10,578 nucleotides of DNA from positions 1 to 10,578 of the forward strand of contig JANLPS010000404.1 of assembly GCA_031367385.1 (NCBI GenBank), given 5' to 3'. The notes beneath the pieces were generated by a model. That model was not told where the DNA came from, searched no databases, and saw only the letters and a list, made by a program, of their open reading frames with translations. The stretch is from Archangium sp. (lineage in GTDB: Bacteria > Myxococcota > Myxococcia > Myxococcales > Myxococcaceae). The position numbers and the translations under genes are program-made. This document shows positions 1 to 7,435 of this stretch, one piece after another; position 1 is the first letter of the stretch; every line of letters begins with the position of its first letter.

Positions 1-107
1 GTTGCTCTGAGGGGAAGTTTTCTGCCCGCCGACCGCGCCGCTCAACCCACGCTCAGAGAACGTTTCTGGCGCTGCGAGCGTGTGTCATCGCGGTCAGCCA
101 CCGCCGG

Positions 108-933
108 TCGATCACGAACCTGCGCGGTCAACGACACCAGCCCGGCCGTCGAGTTGGTACGAGGACACGGTGCTCGCATTGTCGGCGCCTCCGTGCGCTT
201 CAGACACAATGACTTGGCCGCGTTGGGTGGTCGCAAACCCGAAGGGCGTGGCACCGCTCGATTTGTGAATGAGCGCCTTTGAAATCAGGCCGGTCGAAGC
301 GTCAACGCGAAGCTCGTCGATGAGGTCGGTCATCTTCTCGGTGACAATCAGCGCGCGCCCGCTCGGGCTGAAAGACACCTGTGCTGGGCCAACGCTCGGC
401 CCGCTGAGCGCATGGGTCGAGCCTCGCAACGCCGACAGGGTGCCGTCGTGACGCTGGTAGAAACCAGTGACGTCATTGTGACCCTCACCGGCATGGAGCA
501 CGTAGACCAGGCCGTCGTGCTCGGTGACGCTGACGGGGCGCACGCCGCCGGTGGAGACGGCGTCGACCAACGTGAGCTGCTCGCCTCGCACCGAAAAGAC
601 CGCCAGCTCGTTGCTGCCCGCGCTGACCGCGAACAAGAATCGTCGATCGCCACTCAAGCTCAGCGCACCTTGCGAGCCCAAGCCGTCGCCAGAGCCCAAG
701 CCCGTCGTCGAGTAGCTGGCAATTTTTTGCAGCGTGCCATCGGCCGCGCGACGAAACGCGAGCACATCGTTCGAGGCGATGTCATTGCTCAGTGTAAAGA
801 CGGTGCCAGCTCGACCCGAGAGCAGATCTGCCTCGGTCGAGTCAGTCGCGTCTTGAGTGGCCGGCAACTCGGCCCCACAGGCGAGCAGAAAGACAGCTGA
901 GAGCAGCGCGATACATTGAATTCGGGTTTTCAT
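108..933 (-). pseudogene. Beta-propeller lactonase-family (6-phosphogluconolactonase/cycloisomerase-like) lipoprotein, frameshifted and C-terminally truncated
   Basis: Likely start ATG at 933 (MKTRIQCIALLSAVFLLAC, lipobox LLAC). Propeller-blade motifs: GLGSQGALSLSGDRRFLFAVSAGSNELAVF, GGVRPVSVT, GPAQVSFSPSGRALIVTEK, GATPFGF. The frame stops at 112 (273 aa). A family-like continuation (GLVSLTAQVRD) is in another frame from ~143 and is lost by ~108. Confidence 0.75.
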
Positions 934-951
934 GAGAGCCTTTGCAGTTCG

Positions 952-972
952 AAAAGCGCGATCTGCGCTTTT
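952..972. terminator. Short perfect hairpin with T4 tails on both strands (weak intrinsic terminator or operator)
   Basis: AAAAGCGC-GATCT-GCGCTTTT: 8-bp perfect inverted repeat between the LysR stop (1030) and the lactonase start (933). Only 4 GC pairs and 4 U, so weak as a terminator. Confidence 0.35.
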
Positions 973-1001
973 GCTCAAACGCCTCTGCTCCGACTCGCCA
1001 A

Positions 1002-1016
1002 ATGCATCCATCGCAA
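1002..1016. promoter_or_regulatory. Candidate LysR-type binding box (T-N11-A)
   Basis: ATGC-ATCCATC-GCAA: T1003-N11-A1015 with a TGC/GCA dyad, ~70 bp upstream of the lactonase ATG and just downstream of a LysR gene. Confidence 0.4.
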
Positions 1017-1029
1017 CGTTTCGAACAAA

Positions 1030-1980
1030 TCATTCTCTTCTTGACAACGATTGATCGCGGAGACTGGCCACGAACGCGTCAGCAATGCTCTCTTTCTCGG
1101 TTGGGTGCCGTCTCACGATGAACAGCGAGACCGATTCAATGAAGCCACTGGGCAGGCGCCTGAGCTCTCGTCGCTTTACGGCTTGCGCGACCGTGATGTC
1201 GGGCAAGACCGCGAGAAGATCTCCGTCGGTGCAGGTCGCGATGGCGGCTTGCATCGATGGGAGTCGCAAGGCCACGACGCGTGCCTCGGCCTTTGGCCAG
1301 CCATCGCCGGGGCCGTCAGTGCTCGGCTCGCTCGGAGCGACGAACGCGTGCTCACGCAGCCTCTCCAAGGTGACTGTTCGGCGAGCGAAGAGTGGGTGCG
1401 ACCGGCCGCAATAGATGCCGTAGCTGACCTCGCCAAGCAGCTCGATTCGCACCCTCGGGTCGGGCAGCGGAGCGGTCACCAACGCCACGTCGAGGTCGCC
1501 TCTGAGAATCTTCGAAACCAACGCCTGTTTGCTCGGCGTCGGCTCGACCGTGGTGCTGATGGTCGCATGACTTTTTCGGAGGGCGGCGGCGGCGCGTGAG
1601 GCCAGCATCGAGGGTTGATCTCCTTCGCAGGCCACTCGAAGCTCGCCAGTCAGCTGGGTATCGGTCACTTGCGCGATACCGTCGTCGACGCGTCGCATCG
1701 CCTCACGGGCCGCGACGAGCATCGTTTCACCCTCGCGATTGAGCTTGATGTTGCGCCCGACACGGTCGAACAGCTGGTGCCCCAAGCGGTCTTCAAGCAG
1801 CGCGATGGCTCTCGAAAGCGACGAGGCGGTGATGTGCATTCGCTTCGCCGCGTTTTGAACGTGCTCGAGCTCGGCGACCGCGCGAAACGCAGGCAACCAC
1901 CCCCACACGTCAGTCACTCGCTTTTGGAGATTGCGTTGAGGGCCTACGCTCTCGAGTCGGCTCTTCGATGCGAATCGCAT
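1030..1980 (-). CDS. LysR-family transcriptional regulator
   Basis: N-terminal winged HTH (WLPAFRAVAELEHVQNAAKRMHITASSLSRAIALLEDRLGHQLFDRVGRNIKLNREGE) and substrate-binding domain (GELRVAC, ILRGDLDVAL, LAVLP). Start is uncertain: ATG 1980 (316 aa) or TTG 2019 overlapping the nhaA stop. Confidence 0.93.
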   Translation of the reverse strand: MRFASKSRLESVGPQRNLQKRVTDVWGWLPAFRAVAELEHVQNAAKRMHITASSLSRAIALLEDRLGHQLFDRVGRNIKLNREGETMLVAAREAMRRVDDGIAQVTDTQLTGELRVACEGDQPSMLASRAAAALRKSHATISTTVEPTPSKQALVSKILRGDLDVALVTAPLPDPRVRIELLGEVSYGIYCGRSHPLFARRTVTLERLREHAFVAPSEPSTDGPGDGWPKAEARVVALRLPSMQAAIATCTDGDLLAVLPDITVAQAVKRRELRRLPSGFIESVSLFIVRRHPTEKESIADAFVASLRDQSLSRRE

Positions 1981-2015
1981 GAACGGGAGCGTAGCCTCAC
2001 CGTGACGGCACGCAC

Positions 2016-3416
2016 TCAATGCGTGGTCGAGCCTTCTGCCTCGTCAGCCGTTTGGGCTGCATCACGCGAGTGCGTGCGTGGCAACACCGCCCGCCCGATG
2101 GCGAGCGCTGCAATCGAGGCAACGGCGCTGGCGCCAAGAATGCCAATCTTGGCTGCAGCCAAGAGGTGCGCGTCAGTGAACGCCAGCTGGGCGATGAAGA
2201 GTGCCATCGTGAACCCGACGCCGGCGACCGAGCCGAGCACGACGAGATGTCGAGTCGTCAGCCCGGTCGGCAAAGTCGCCAGCTTCAGCTTGATGAGCAA
2301 GGTACAAATCAAAAGCACGCCGAGCGGCTTGCCGACCACCAGACCCACCGACACGCCAGAGAGCACGTGCCACGACGCAGCGTCGAATGTACCAACAGTC
2401 AGAGCCACTCCCGCGTTCGCGAGCGCAAAGAGCGGCATGATGCCGAAGGCGACCCATGGGTGAAGCAGCTCGATGAGGCTCTCCGCCGGAGAGAGTGCTT
2501 CGCGTCGCGCCGAAGCAACGTTTCCAAGCGTTTGGGCGAGCTCGTGCGACGAGAGTGACTCCGGAGAAGCCTGGGCCAGCTGATTCATTTCACGCTGCAT
2601 GCCCTGAAGAAAACCAGTCGGGCCCAACCAGGCGGTGACCGGCGTGACGAGACCAATCATCACTCCGGCGATCGTCGGGTGAATGCCCGATGCCGCAACG
2701 CCAGCCCAGACGATGACCGCAGGGCAGATGTACGCCGCTTTTGCTCGCACTCCGAGACGCTTGAGAATCAAAATGCCGAGGCCGCCCAACGCCGCGATGG
2801 CGAAGCCGGTGGCTGCGATGCCGCTCGAATAGAACAGCGCGATGACGATGATGGCGCCGAGGTCATCAATGACGGCGAGGGCGAGCAGCAAAACCCGAAG
2901 TGCCGGCGGTACTCGCTTGCCCAGCAACATCAGCACCCCGACTGCAAAGGCGATGTCGGTCGCCATCGGCACGCCCCAGCCAGACCGCGTCTGGTCGCCG
3001 CCGGCAAAGGCGAGATACATCAGGGCAGGCGCCAACATGCCACCGAGTGCGGCCGCAGCAGGCAGCAGGGCTCGCCGAAACTCAGAGAGCTCTCCGTCGT
3101 GAATTTCTCGTCGAATCTCGAGACCGACGACGAAGAAGAAGATGACCATCAGCCCGTCGTTGACGACCCATTCGAGCGAACGCTCGATGGTCAAATCGCC
3201 AATTCGTACGCCAACCGACGTGTGCCACAAGTCGCTGTACGAGGCAGACCAGGGCGAGTTGGCCCAGAGCAGCGCGACGACTGCGGTCACCACGAGAACG
3301 ATGCCGCTCGCGGCTTCGATGCGAAGAAACCGCTCGAGCGGCCTGACGGCAAGGCGAGCGACTTTGAGGAGAGGCGCCCAGGCTTCGGGAGGTATTGATT
3401 GCGTTGGCGACGACAT
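2016..3416 (-). CDS. nhaA: Na+(Li+)/H+ antiporter NhaA
   Basis: NhaA signatures VNDGLMVIFFFVVGLEIRRE, GWGVPMATDIAFA, LLALAVIDDLGAI (DD ion-binding pair), GKPLG, GVGFTMALFI. ATG at 3416 is preceded by an AGGAG RBS; 466 aa. Confidence 0.97.
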   Translation of the reverse strand: MSSPTQSIPPEAWAPLLKVARLAVRPLERFLRIEAASGIVLVVTAVVALLWANSPWSASYSDLWHTSVGVRIGDLTIERSLEWVVNDGLMVIFFFVVGLEIRREIHDGELSEFRRALLPAAAALGGMLAPALMYLAFAGGDQTRSGWGVPMATDIAFAVGVLMLLGKRVPPALRVLLLALAVIDDLGAIIVIALFYSSGIAATGFAIAALGGLGILILKRLGVRAKAAYICPAVIVWAGVAASGIHPTIAGVMIGLVTPVTAWLGPTGFLQGMQREMNQLAQASPESLSSHELAQTLGNVASARREALSPAESLIELLHPWVAFGIMPLFALANAGVALTVGTFDAASWHVLSGVSVGLVVGKPLGVLLICTLLIKLKLATLPTGLTTRHLVVLGSVAGVGFTMALFIAQLAFTDAHLLAAAKIGILGASAVASIAALAIGRAVLPRTHSRDAAQTADEAEGSTTH

Positions 3417-3442
3417 GGCCACTCCTGCCGAAATAATTCGGC

Positions 3443-3494
3443 TGAATGGCGGCCCGACCATTCAATCAACCTGTGAAGCTCGCGCCTCACACCC
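3443..3494 (-). ncRNA. nhaA-I motif RNA (Li+-I riboswitch aptamer) in the nhaA leader
   Basis: Minus strand reads GGG-UGUGAGGC(GCGA)GCUUCACA-GGU-UGAU-UGAAUGG(UCGGGCCG)CCAUUCA: an 8-bp stem with GNRA tetraloop and a 7-bp perfect stem. The GGGUG...AGGU...GGUCGGGCCGCC blocks match the nhaA-I consensus as I recall it. It ends 26 nt before the nhaA start. Confidence 0.8.
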
Positions 3495-3595
3495 GGCTGC
3501 GCTGTGCGCGTTGTCTGGCATTCTCCGAGCTCGATGTCGAGGAGACCGATGGAGCGTCACCAGACGTCGGCGAGCGTCGGGTCACCGATGACGCT

Positions 3596-5002
3596 TCAAA
3601 CGCCGACACCGCTGACTTCGCCGGGTGTTGAAGTCGAGGGTGCTGTGGTGTCTACCGAGTCGCGAGCCAGGTCGGCGGCCGAGGCCGTCGTGGCCAACGT
3701 GCCCGAAGGGGCTTCATACCAGCCCGGGTCTTCGTAGGTCGTGAGTTGGTCACGAACTTTGAGGTTGGTGTACATGCCACCCATGGTGATGTACCCGTGT
3801 TTGCCGCTCGCCCCAACCATCGGGATGCTGTTGGGTGGCACCGGCATCCCCATATCGCCCATGTCGCCCATTCCATCCTGACCCATGGTCATGTAGCCGG
3901 GCAGAACTCGCTGCACCTTGGCGTCGAGTTGACTTGGGTCGATGCCAATCATGTTCGGCAAGCCATGACCCATCTGGTTCATCACGTGATGCGTCATGTG
4001 ACAATGCAGCGCCCAGTCACCCGGAATGAGAGGCACCAGCTCGATGGTTCTGGTCTGCCCCACTGCGACGAGAACGGTCGTCTCCGGTCGTTGCGCACTG
4101 AGTGGCACCTGCCCGCCATCCGTCTCTGTGACGCGAAAGGCGAGCCCGTGAATGTGAATGGGGTGATGATCCATCGCTCCCAAGTTGCCTATTCGAATGC
4201 GAACCTTTTGCCCTGTCTTCACCACCAAAGGGGCCGTGCCCGGAAACGCCTTGCCATTGATGGTCAAGACGTTGAAGTCAGTCATCTCATTGGGGTTGGG
4301 TCTCTTCGCGCCGGGGTCAATGCGCCATTCGTGAACGAGCAGCGCGAAGTCGCGGTCCACTCGCGATTGAGGCCTTCTCGGGTGAACGACGACCATGCCG
4401 GTCATCCCCAGCGCCATCTGGGTCATCTCGTCGTGATGCGAGTGAAACATCAGTGTTCCGTGTTGAGCGACGACGAACTCGTAGCGGTACGTTTCGCCCG
4501 GAGGAATGGGTTTTTGAGTCAAGCCGCCGACGCCGTCCATCCCGTTCGGCAAGAGGAAGCCGTGCCAATGAACAGTCGTCGGCGCGATCAGCCTATTGGT
4601 TACGTAAATTCGAACGTGGTCGCCCTCAACCATCTCGAGCACCGGCCCGTTGACCTGCTTGTTGTACCCCCAACAGATTGCCTTGAGACCCGGCGCAAAC
4701 TCGTGCTCGAATTCTTCGGTCACGAGGTGAAAAATCTTCACCCCCTTCACGATTTTCCAGGGGCACTTGGTGCCGTTGGGCACGACGACCGGCATGTAGT
4801 CACGGTTCGGTACGCCGGGAGCCATCGCCGTTGGATTGAATGCCCCCAAGGCTGACTGAACTGGGAGCCCCACGGGGCCGGCAGCCTCCGCACTCGTCGC
4901 TTGAAGGCCAGCGATGGCCGCGGCCCCTGCGACGACTCCGCCGTTGACCAGCAACGTCCTGCGGCTGACCTCGTCGTCTTTCTTTTCGTGAACTGGTTTC
5001 AC
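3596..5002 (-). CDS. Tat-exported two-domain multicopper oxidase (copper-resistance type)
   Basis: GTG at 5002 with AGGAG RBS (468 aa). Twin-arginine signal SRRTLL...AEA. Copper motifs HWHG, FHSH, HHPIHIHG, HCHMTHHVMNQM. Met-rich tail MTMGQDGMGDMGDMGM. Confidence 0.95.
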   Translation of the reverse strand: MKPVHEKKDDEVSRRTLLVNGGVVAGAAAIAGLQATSAEAAGPVGLPVQSALGAFNPTAMAPGVPNRDYMPVVVPNGTKCPWKIVKGVKIFHLVTEEFEHEFAPGLKAICWGYNKQVNGPVLEMVEGDHVRIYVTNRLIAPTTVHWHGFLLPNGMDGVGGLTQKPIPPGETYRYEFVVAQHGTLMFHSHHDEMTQMALGMTGMVVVHPRRPQSRVDRDFALLVHEWRIDPGAKRPNPNEMTDFNVLTINGKAFPGTAPLVVKTGQKVRIRIGNLGAMDHHPIHIHGLAFRVTETDGGQVPLSAQRPETTVLVAVGQTRTIELVPLIPGDWALHCHMTHHVMNQMGHGLPNMIGIDPSQLDAKVQRVLPGYMTMGQDGMGDMGDMGMPVPPNSIPMVGASGKHGYITMGGMYTNLKVRDQLTTYEDPGWYEAPSGTLATTASAADLARDSVDTTAPSTSTPGEVSGVGV

Positions 5003-5036
5003 AAGTGGCTCCTGTTGCGCGTGCTTCTCAAAAACG

Positions 5037-6425
5037 TCAGTGGTGATGGGGTTCAGTGCCTGCATCCTTGGCCGCCTCGGCCTCGCGACCGAGTGCACCA
5101 CCCAGCGCGAGCTCAAGCTCGAACCGGGCAATCCAGTAATCTCGAAGTGACGCGATGGCGCTCCGACGGGCTTCCAGACTTTCGCGCTGTGTTGCGATGA
5201 GCTCGTAGAGACCCAGCAACATCCCATTGTAGTTGAGTTGCGATTGCTCAACGATTTTGTCTTGGAGTGGAACAACGGTGGAGGCGATGTACTCAGCCGT
5301 TGCACGGGTCGCCCGAAGGACGAGCAACTGCTCGCGAACTTTCGAGCGCGCATCAACGGCAATCGCACTCACACGACGCGAGGCGCTCGTCTGCTGCGCC
5401 GCGATCCGAGCGATATACGCTTGTCGCTGGTCGAAGATCGGCAGCTCGAGGGCAAATGTCGGCCCCACCAACTGCGCTCCGTCGGCGTCCCGATGATAAT
5501 GCGCTCCAATTTCGACGCGCCCAAAGAGTCGCGTGCTTCGGGCCAGACCCAACACCTGGCCCAAAATCTCTTCCTCAATACGGGCAGCCCGAAGGTCGAG
5601 CCGTTGGCGAATGGCCACAGCCTCGGGGTATTCGGGTATCGGGTCACTTGACGGAAGCTCCGAAAGACGACCAGAGATTTTGAACTGAGAGCGTTTTCCC
5701 CACAAGCCGAGCAGTCGGGTGAGGTGCTCTCGTGCTGTTGCGACTCTGACTTCCGCCTGGGTGTGCTCGAGTTGAAATCGCGCATACGTCGAACGCTCCC
5801 GCGCGAGCGCCAATTCAGTGATGTTGCCTGCAACGAACTGTTTCTCTGCCAGTTGCTGCGCGCCCTCCGCGCCCTCGACTGTCTTCTGCACGAGCTTTTC
5901 GATCTCGATCTCGGCTTGGAGGGTCACGAAAGCGCGATTCACCTCACCCGCTGTTTCGAGTGCCTGCTGCGCCACGCGAAAGATGCTCGCATTGAACTGG
6001 CGCTCGGCAATGTCGACGCGCCAGGAGCGCGTGAAGAGGTCAACAATGTCTTGCACCAACGCGAACTCAAATTCGGTCGCACCCAACGCAGTCAGTGGAA
6101 AACCAACGCTGCCGGAGAGCGAGGGGTTCTTGAGCAGCCCCACCTGCACCATATCGGCCTGCGAAATTCCCAGCTCCTCGTACGTCGCCTGGAGCGCTGG
6201 GTTGTTGACGAGTGCGATCGCTATCGCGTTCGGTCGCGTGAGCTCGGTCGCGAGCAACGAGTCGACCCGCTGCGAAATGGCGGTGTCGTCGGGGGAGCCC
6301 CGCTCCCAGCCAGTCCCGGTCCCGGTGCGAGCGTCGAGAATTCGAGCGACCTCGTCATGCCCACGCTCCGGTGAAATGGTCGCGCAACCCGACACGAGAC
6401 ATGCGAGCAGAAACGCTTGCCTCAC
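5037..6425 (-). CDS. TolC-family outer-membrane efflux lipoprotein (copper-resistance associated)
   Basis: GTG at 6425 overlaps the upstream stop (GTGA). Lipobox LVSGC. OEP repeats AIAIALVNNPALQA...GLLKNPSLS and LELPIFDQRQA...YNGMLLGLYELI...LRDYWIARFELELALGG. C-terminal PHHH; 462 aa. Confidence 0.93.
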   Translation of the reverse strand: MRQAFLLACLVSGCATISPERGHDEVARILDARTGTGTGWERGSPDDTAISQRVDSLLATELTRPNAIAIALVNNPALQATYEELGISQADMVQVGLLKNPSLSGSVGFPLTALGATEFEFALVQDIVDLFTRSWRVDIAERQFNASIFRVAQQALETAGEVNRAFVTLQAEIEIEKLVQKTVEGAEGAQQLAEKQFVAGNITELALARERSTYARFQLEHTQAEVRVATAREHLTRLLGLWGKRSQFKISGRLSELPSSDPIPEYPEAVAIRQRLDLRAARIEEEILGQVLGLARSTRLFGRVEIGAHYHRDADGAQLVGPTFALELPIFDQRQAYIARIAAQQTSASRRVSAIAVDARSKVREQLLVLRATRATAEYIASTVVPLQDKIVEQSQLNYNGMLLGLYELIATQRESLEARRSAIASLRDYWIARFELELALGGALGREAEAAKDAGTEPHHH

Positions 6426-7123
6426 TTGGCACCTACCTCCTTGAGCGCCATCCCGCACTTCGGACACTTGCCCGGCGTGGGAGAACGAACCTCTGGGTGC
6501 ATCGGACACGTGAATTGCTGAGCGTTCGGATTCTTGATGTCTGGCATTTTGACCCTTTCACCATGCGGCGAAGCGTTGACGTCTTTGGGTGCCGCTCGCG
6601 CTGGCCCTGGCGTGGGCGAGGCAGAAAGCTTTACGACCCTCGCGAGCCATTTGCCCTCTTTCGACGTGGCGTAGAGCACGATTCGCTCTCCGGGCTTGAT
6701 GCTCGCGAGGTTCGTTTTGGCCTCTCCCCTCTCGAACTTGGTCGACTTGTCGATGAGAACCACTGTCGGTGCGCCCTTCTCCAGCGTCACATCGAGTGAC
6801 CCCGCGGCAACCCGCGTCACGACGCCCATCAGGTGCTCTTCGGCTTGGGCTGGCGCCCCCATGTCGTCCGACATTTTCATCGCCGACATGTCATGGCCTG
6901 CTGCCTGCGGCGTTGAATCCACGATTCCGGAGGTGCTCTCCCCCGGGCCAGGGGGGGTCAATGCCGTCAGCTGCTGCCCAGAGGTCGTCTGTATCTCTGC
7001 ATCTGGGTTGGCAGGGTCTACAGGTGACGGCACAGATCGGGCTGGAGCGGCGCACCCCACCGCGATCAGAACCAGCGTTCCCAGCGTGCCAATTTCTCGT
7101 ATTTTCACGCCGTAAGTCATCAT
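6422..7123 (-). CDS. Lipoprotein with His/Met-rich linker, small beta-barrel (OB/DUF5666-like) domain and C-terminal heavy-metal-binding domain
   Basis: AGGAG RBS 8 nt before ATG 7123. Lipobox IAVGC. Linker GHDMSAMKMSDDMG. Beta-rich EHLMGVVTRV...IDKSTKF...IKPGERIVL. C-terminal FTCPMHPEVRSPTPGKCPKCGMAL (HMBD CPMHP...CPxCGM). Confidence 0.88.
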   Translation of the reverse strand: MMTYGVKIREIGTLGTLVLIAVGCAAPARSVPSPVDPANPDAEIQTTSGQQLTALTPPGPGESTSGIVDSTPQAAGHDMSAMKMSDDMGAPAQAEEHLMGVVTRVAAGSLDVTLEKGAPTVVLIDKSTKFERGEAKTNLASIKPGERIVLYATSKEGKWLARVVKLSASPTPGPARAAPKDVNASPHGERVKMPDIKNPNAQQFTCPMHPEVRSPTPGKCPKCGMALKEVGAK

Positions 7124-7156
7124 TTTCGAGGCTCCTGAGCCTTCGTGAAGTCGCGG

Positions 7157-7277
7157 TGACGTGCCCCCCGATTCTGCGCCACGTGTTGGGTGAGTCGCCC
7201 CGCTCGTACTCTGAAGGCGTCAGACCGTCGAGCGAGCTGTGCCGTCTCATGTCGTTGGAGTCGTCGCGCCACGCCTA
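7157..7277 (-). mobile_element. IS3-family (IS407-group-like) insertion sequence remnant: transposase C-terminus plus right inverted repeat
   Basis: Minus strand encodes AWRDDSNDMRRHSSLDGLTPSEYER, a decayed form of the IS3 OrfB tail (WRxDYNxxRPHSSLGxLTPxE). The plus strand from 7157 reads TGACGTGCCCCCCGATTCTGCGCCA, resembling TGACCTGCCCC-type IS407-group termini. In-frame TAG at 7275-7277. Confidence 0.75.
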
Positions 7278-7435
7278 AGCCCGCCCGCTGCGATCAGCCC
7301 ATCAAGAGAGCTGTCTTTCTTGCCGAAGCAAGTGCCTTGCGTTTGATGGCGCATAACCGTGCGGCGAAGGCGACCCGTTTGGCCTTCGTGGCTTTGCCTT
7401 TCGCAGTCGTCGATTTCGCCGCGCTTTGAGGTGAG

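Noticed and set aside
1..25. GTTGCTCTGAGGGGAAGTTTTCTG at the window edge as a CRISPR repeat, attC site or IS terminus
   Set aside because: Single copy with no partner repeat in the window; it does not fit the attC RYYYAAC/GTTRRRY pattern and flanking context is unavailable.
1030..2019. Naming the LysR nhaR
   Set aside because: Only gene order supports it; the N-terminus (VWGWLPAFRAVAE) does not resemble the NhaR HLxYF-type start.
3520..3596. Weak hairpins downstream of the oxidase stop as a terminator or second aptamer
   Set aside because: Stems are short or interrupted, lack a U-tract and match no motif I recognise.
3845..3880. Short tandem repeat (CCCATATCG/CCCATGTCG)
   Set aside because: Fully explained by the coding GDMGDMGM Met-rich tail of the oxidase.
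5003..5368. 122-aa N-terminal extension of the multicopper oxidase in the ORF track
   Set aside because: It overlaps the TolC gene; the RBS and Tat signal identify GTG 5002 as the start.
6426..6509. 28-aa N-terminal extension of TolC
   Set aside because: It overlaps the metal-binding domain of the upstream gene; the GTGA coupling and signal peptide point to 6425.
412..6799. Long plus-strand ORFs (412-900, 1051-1599, 1615-2463, 2679-3398, 3746-4855, 5724-6374 and others)
   Set aside because: Antisense shadows of well-supported minus-strand genes, expected in GC-rich DNA; no motifs.
6891..7250. 119-aa minus-strand ORF as a gene
   Set aside because: Its first ~30 codons are the IS3 transposase tail; the rest is out-of-frame overlap with the lipoprotein gene.
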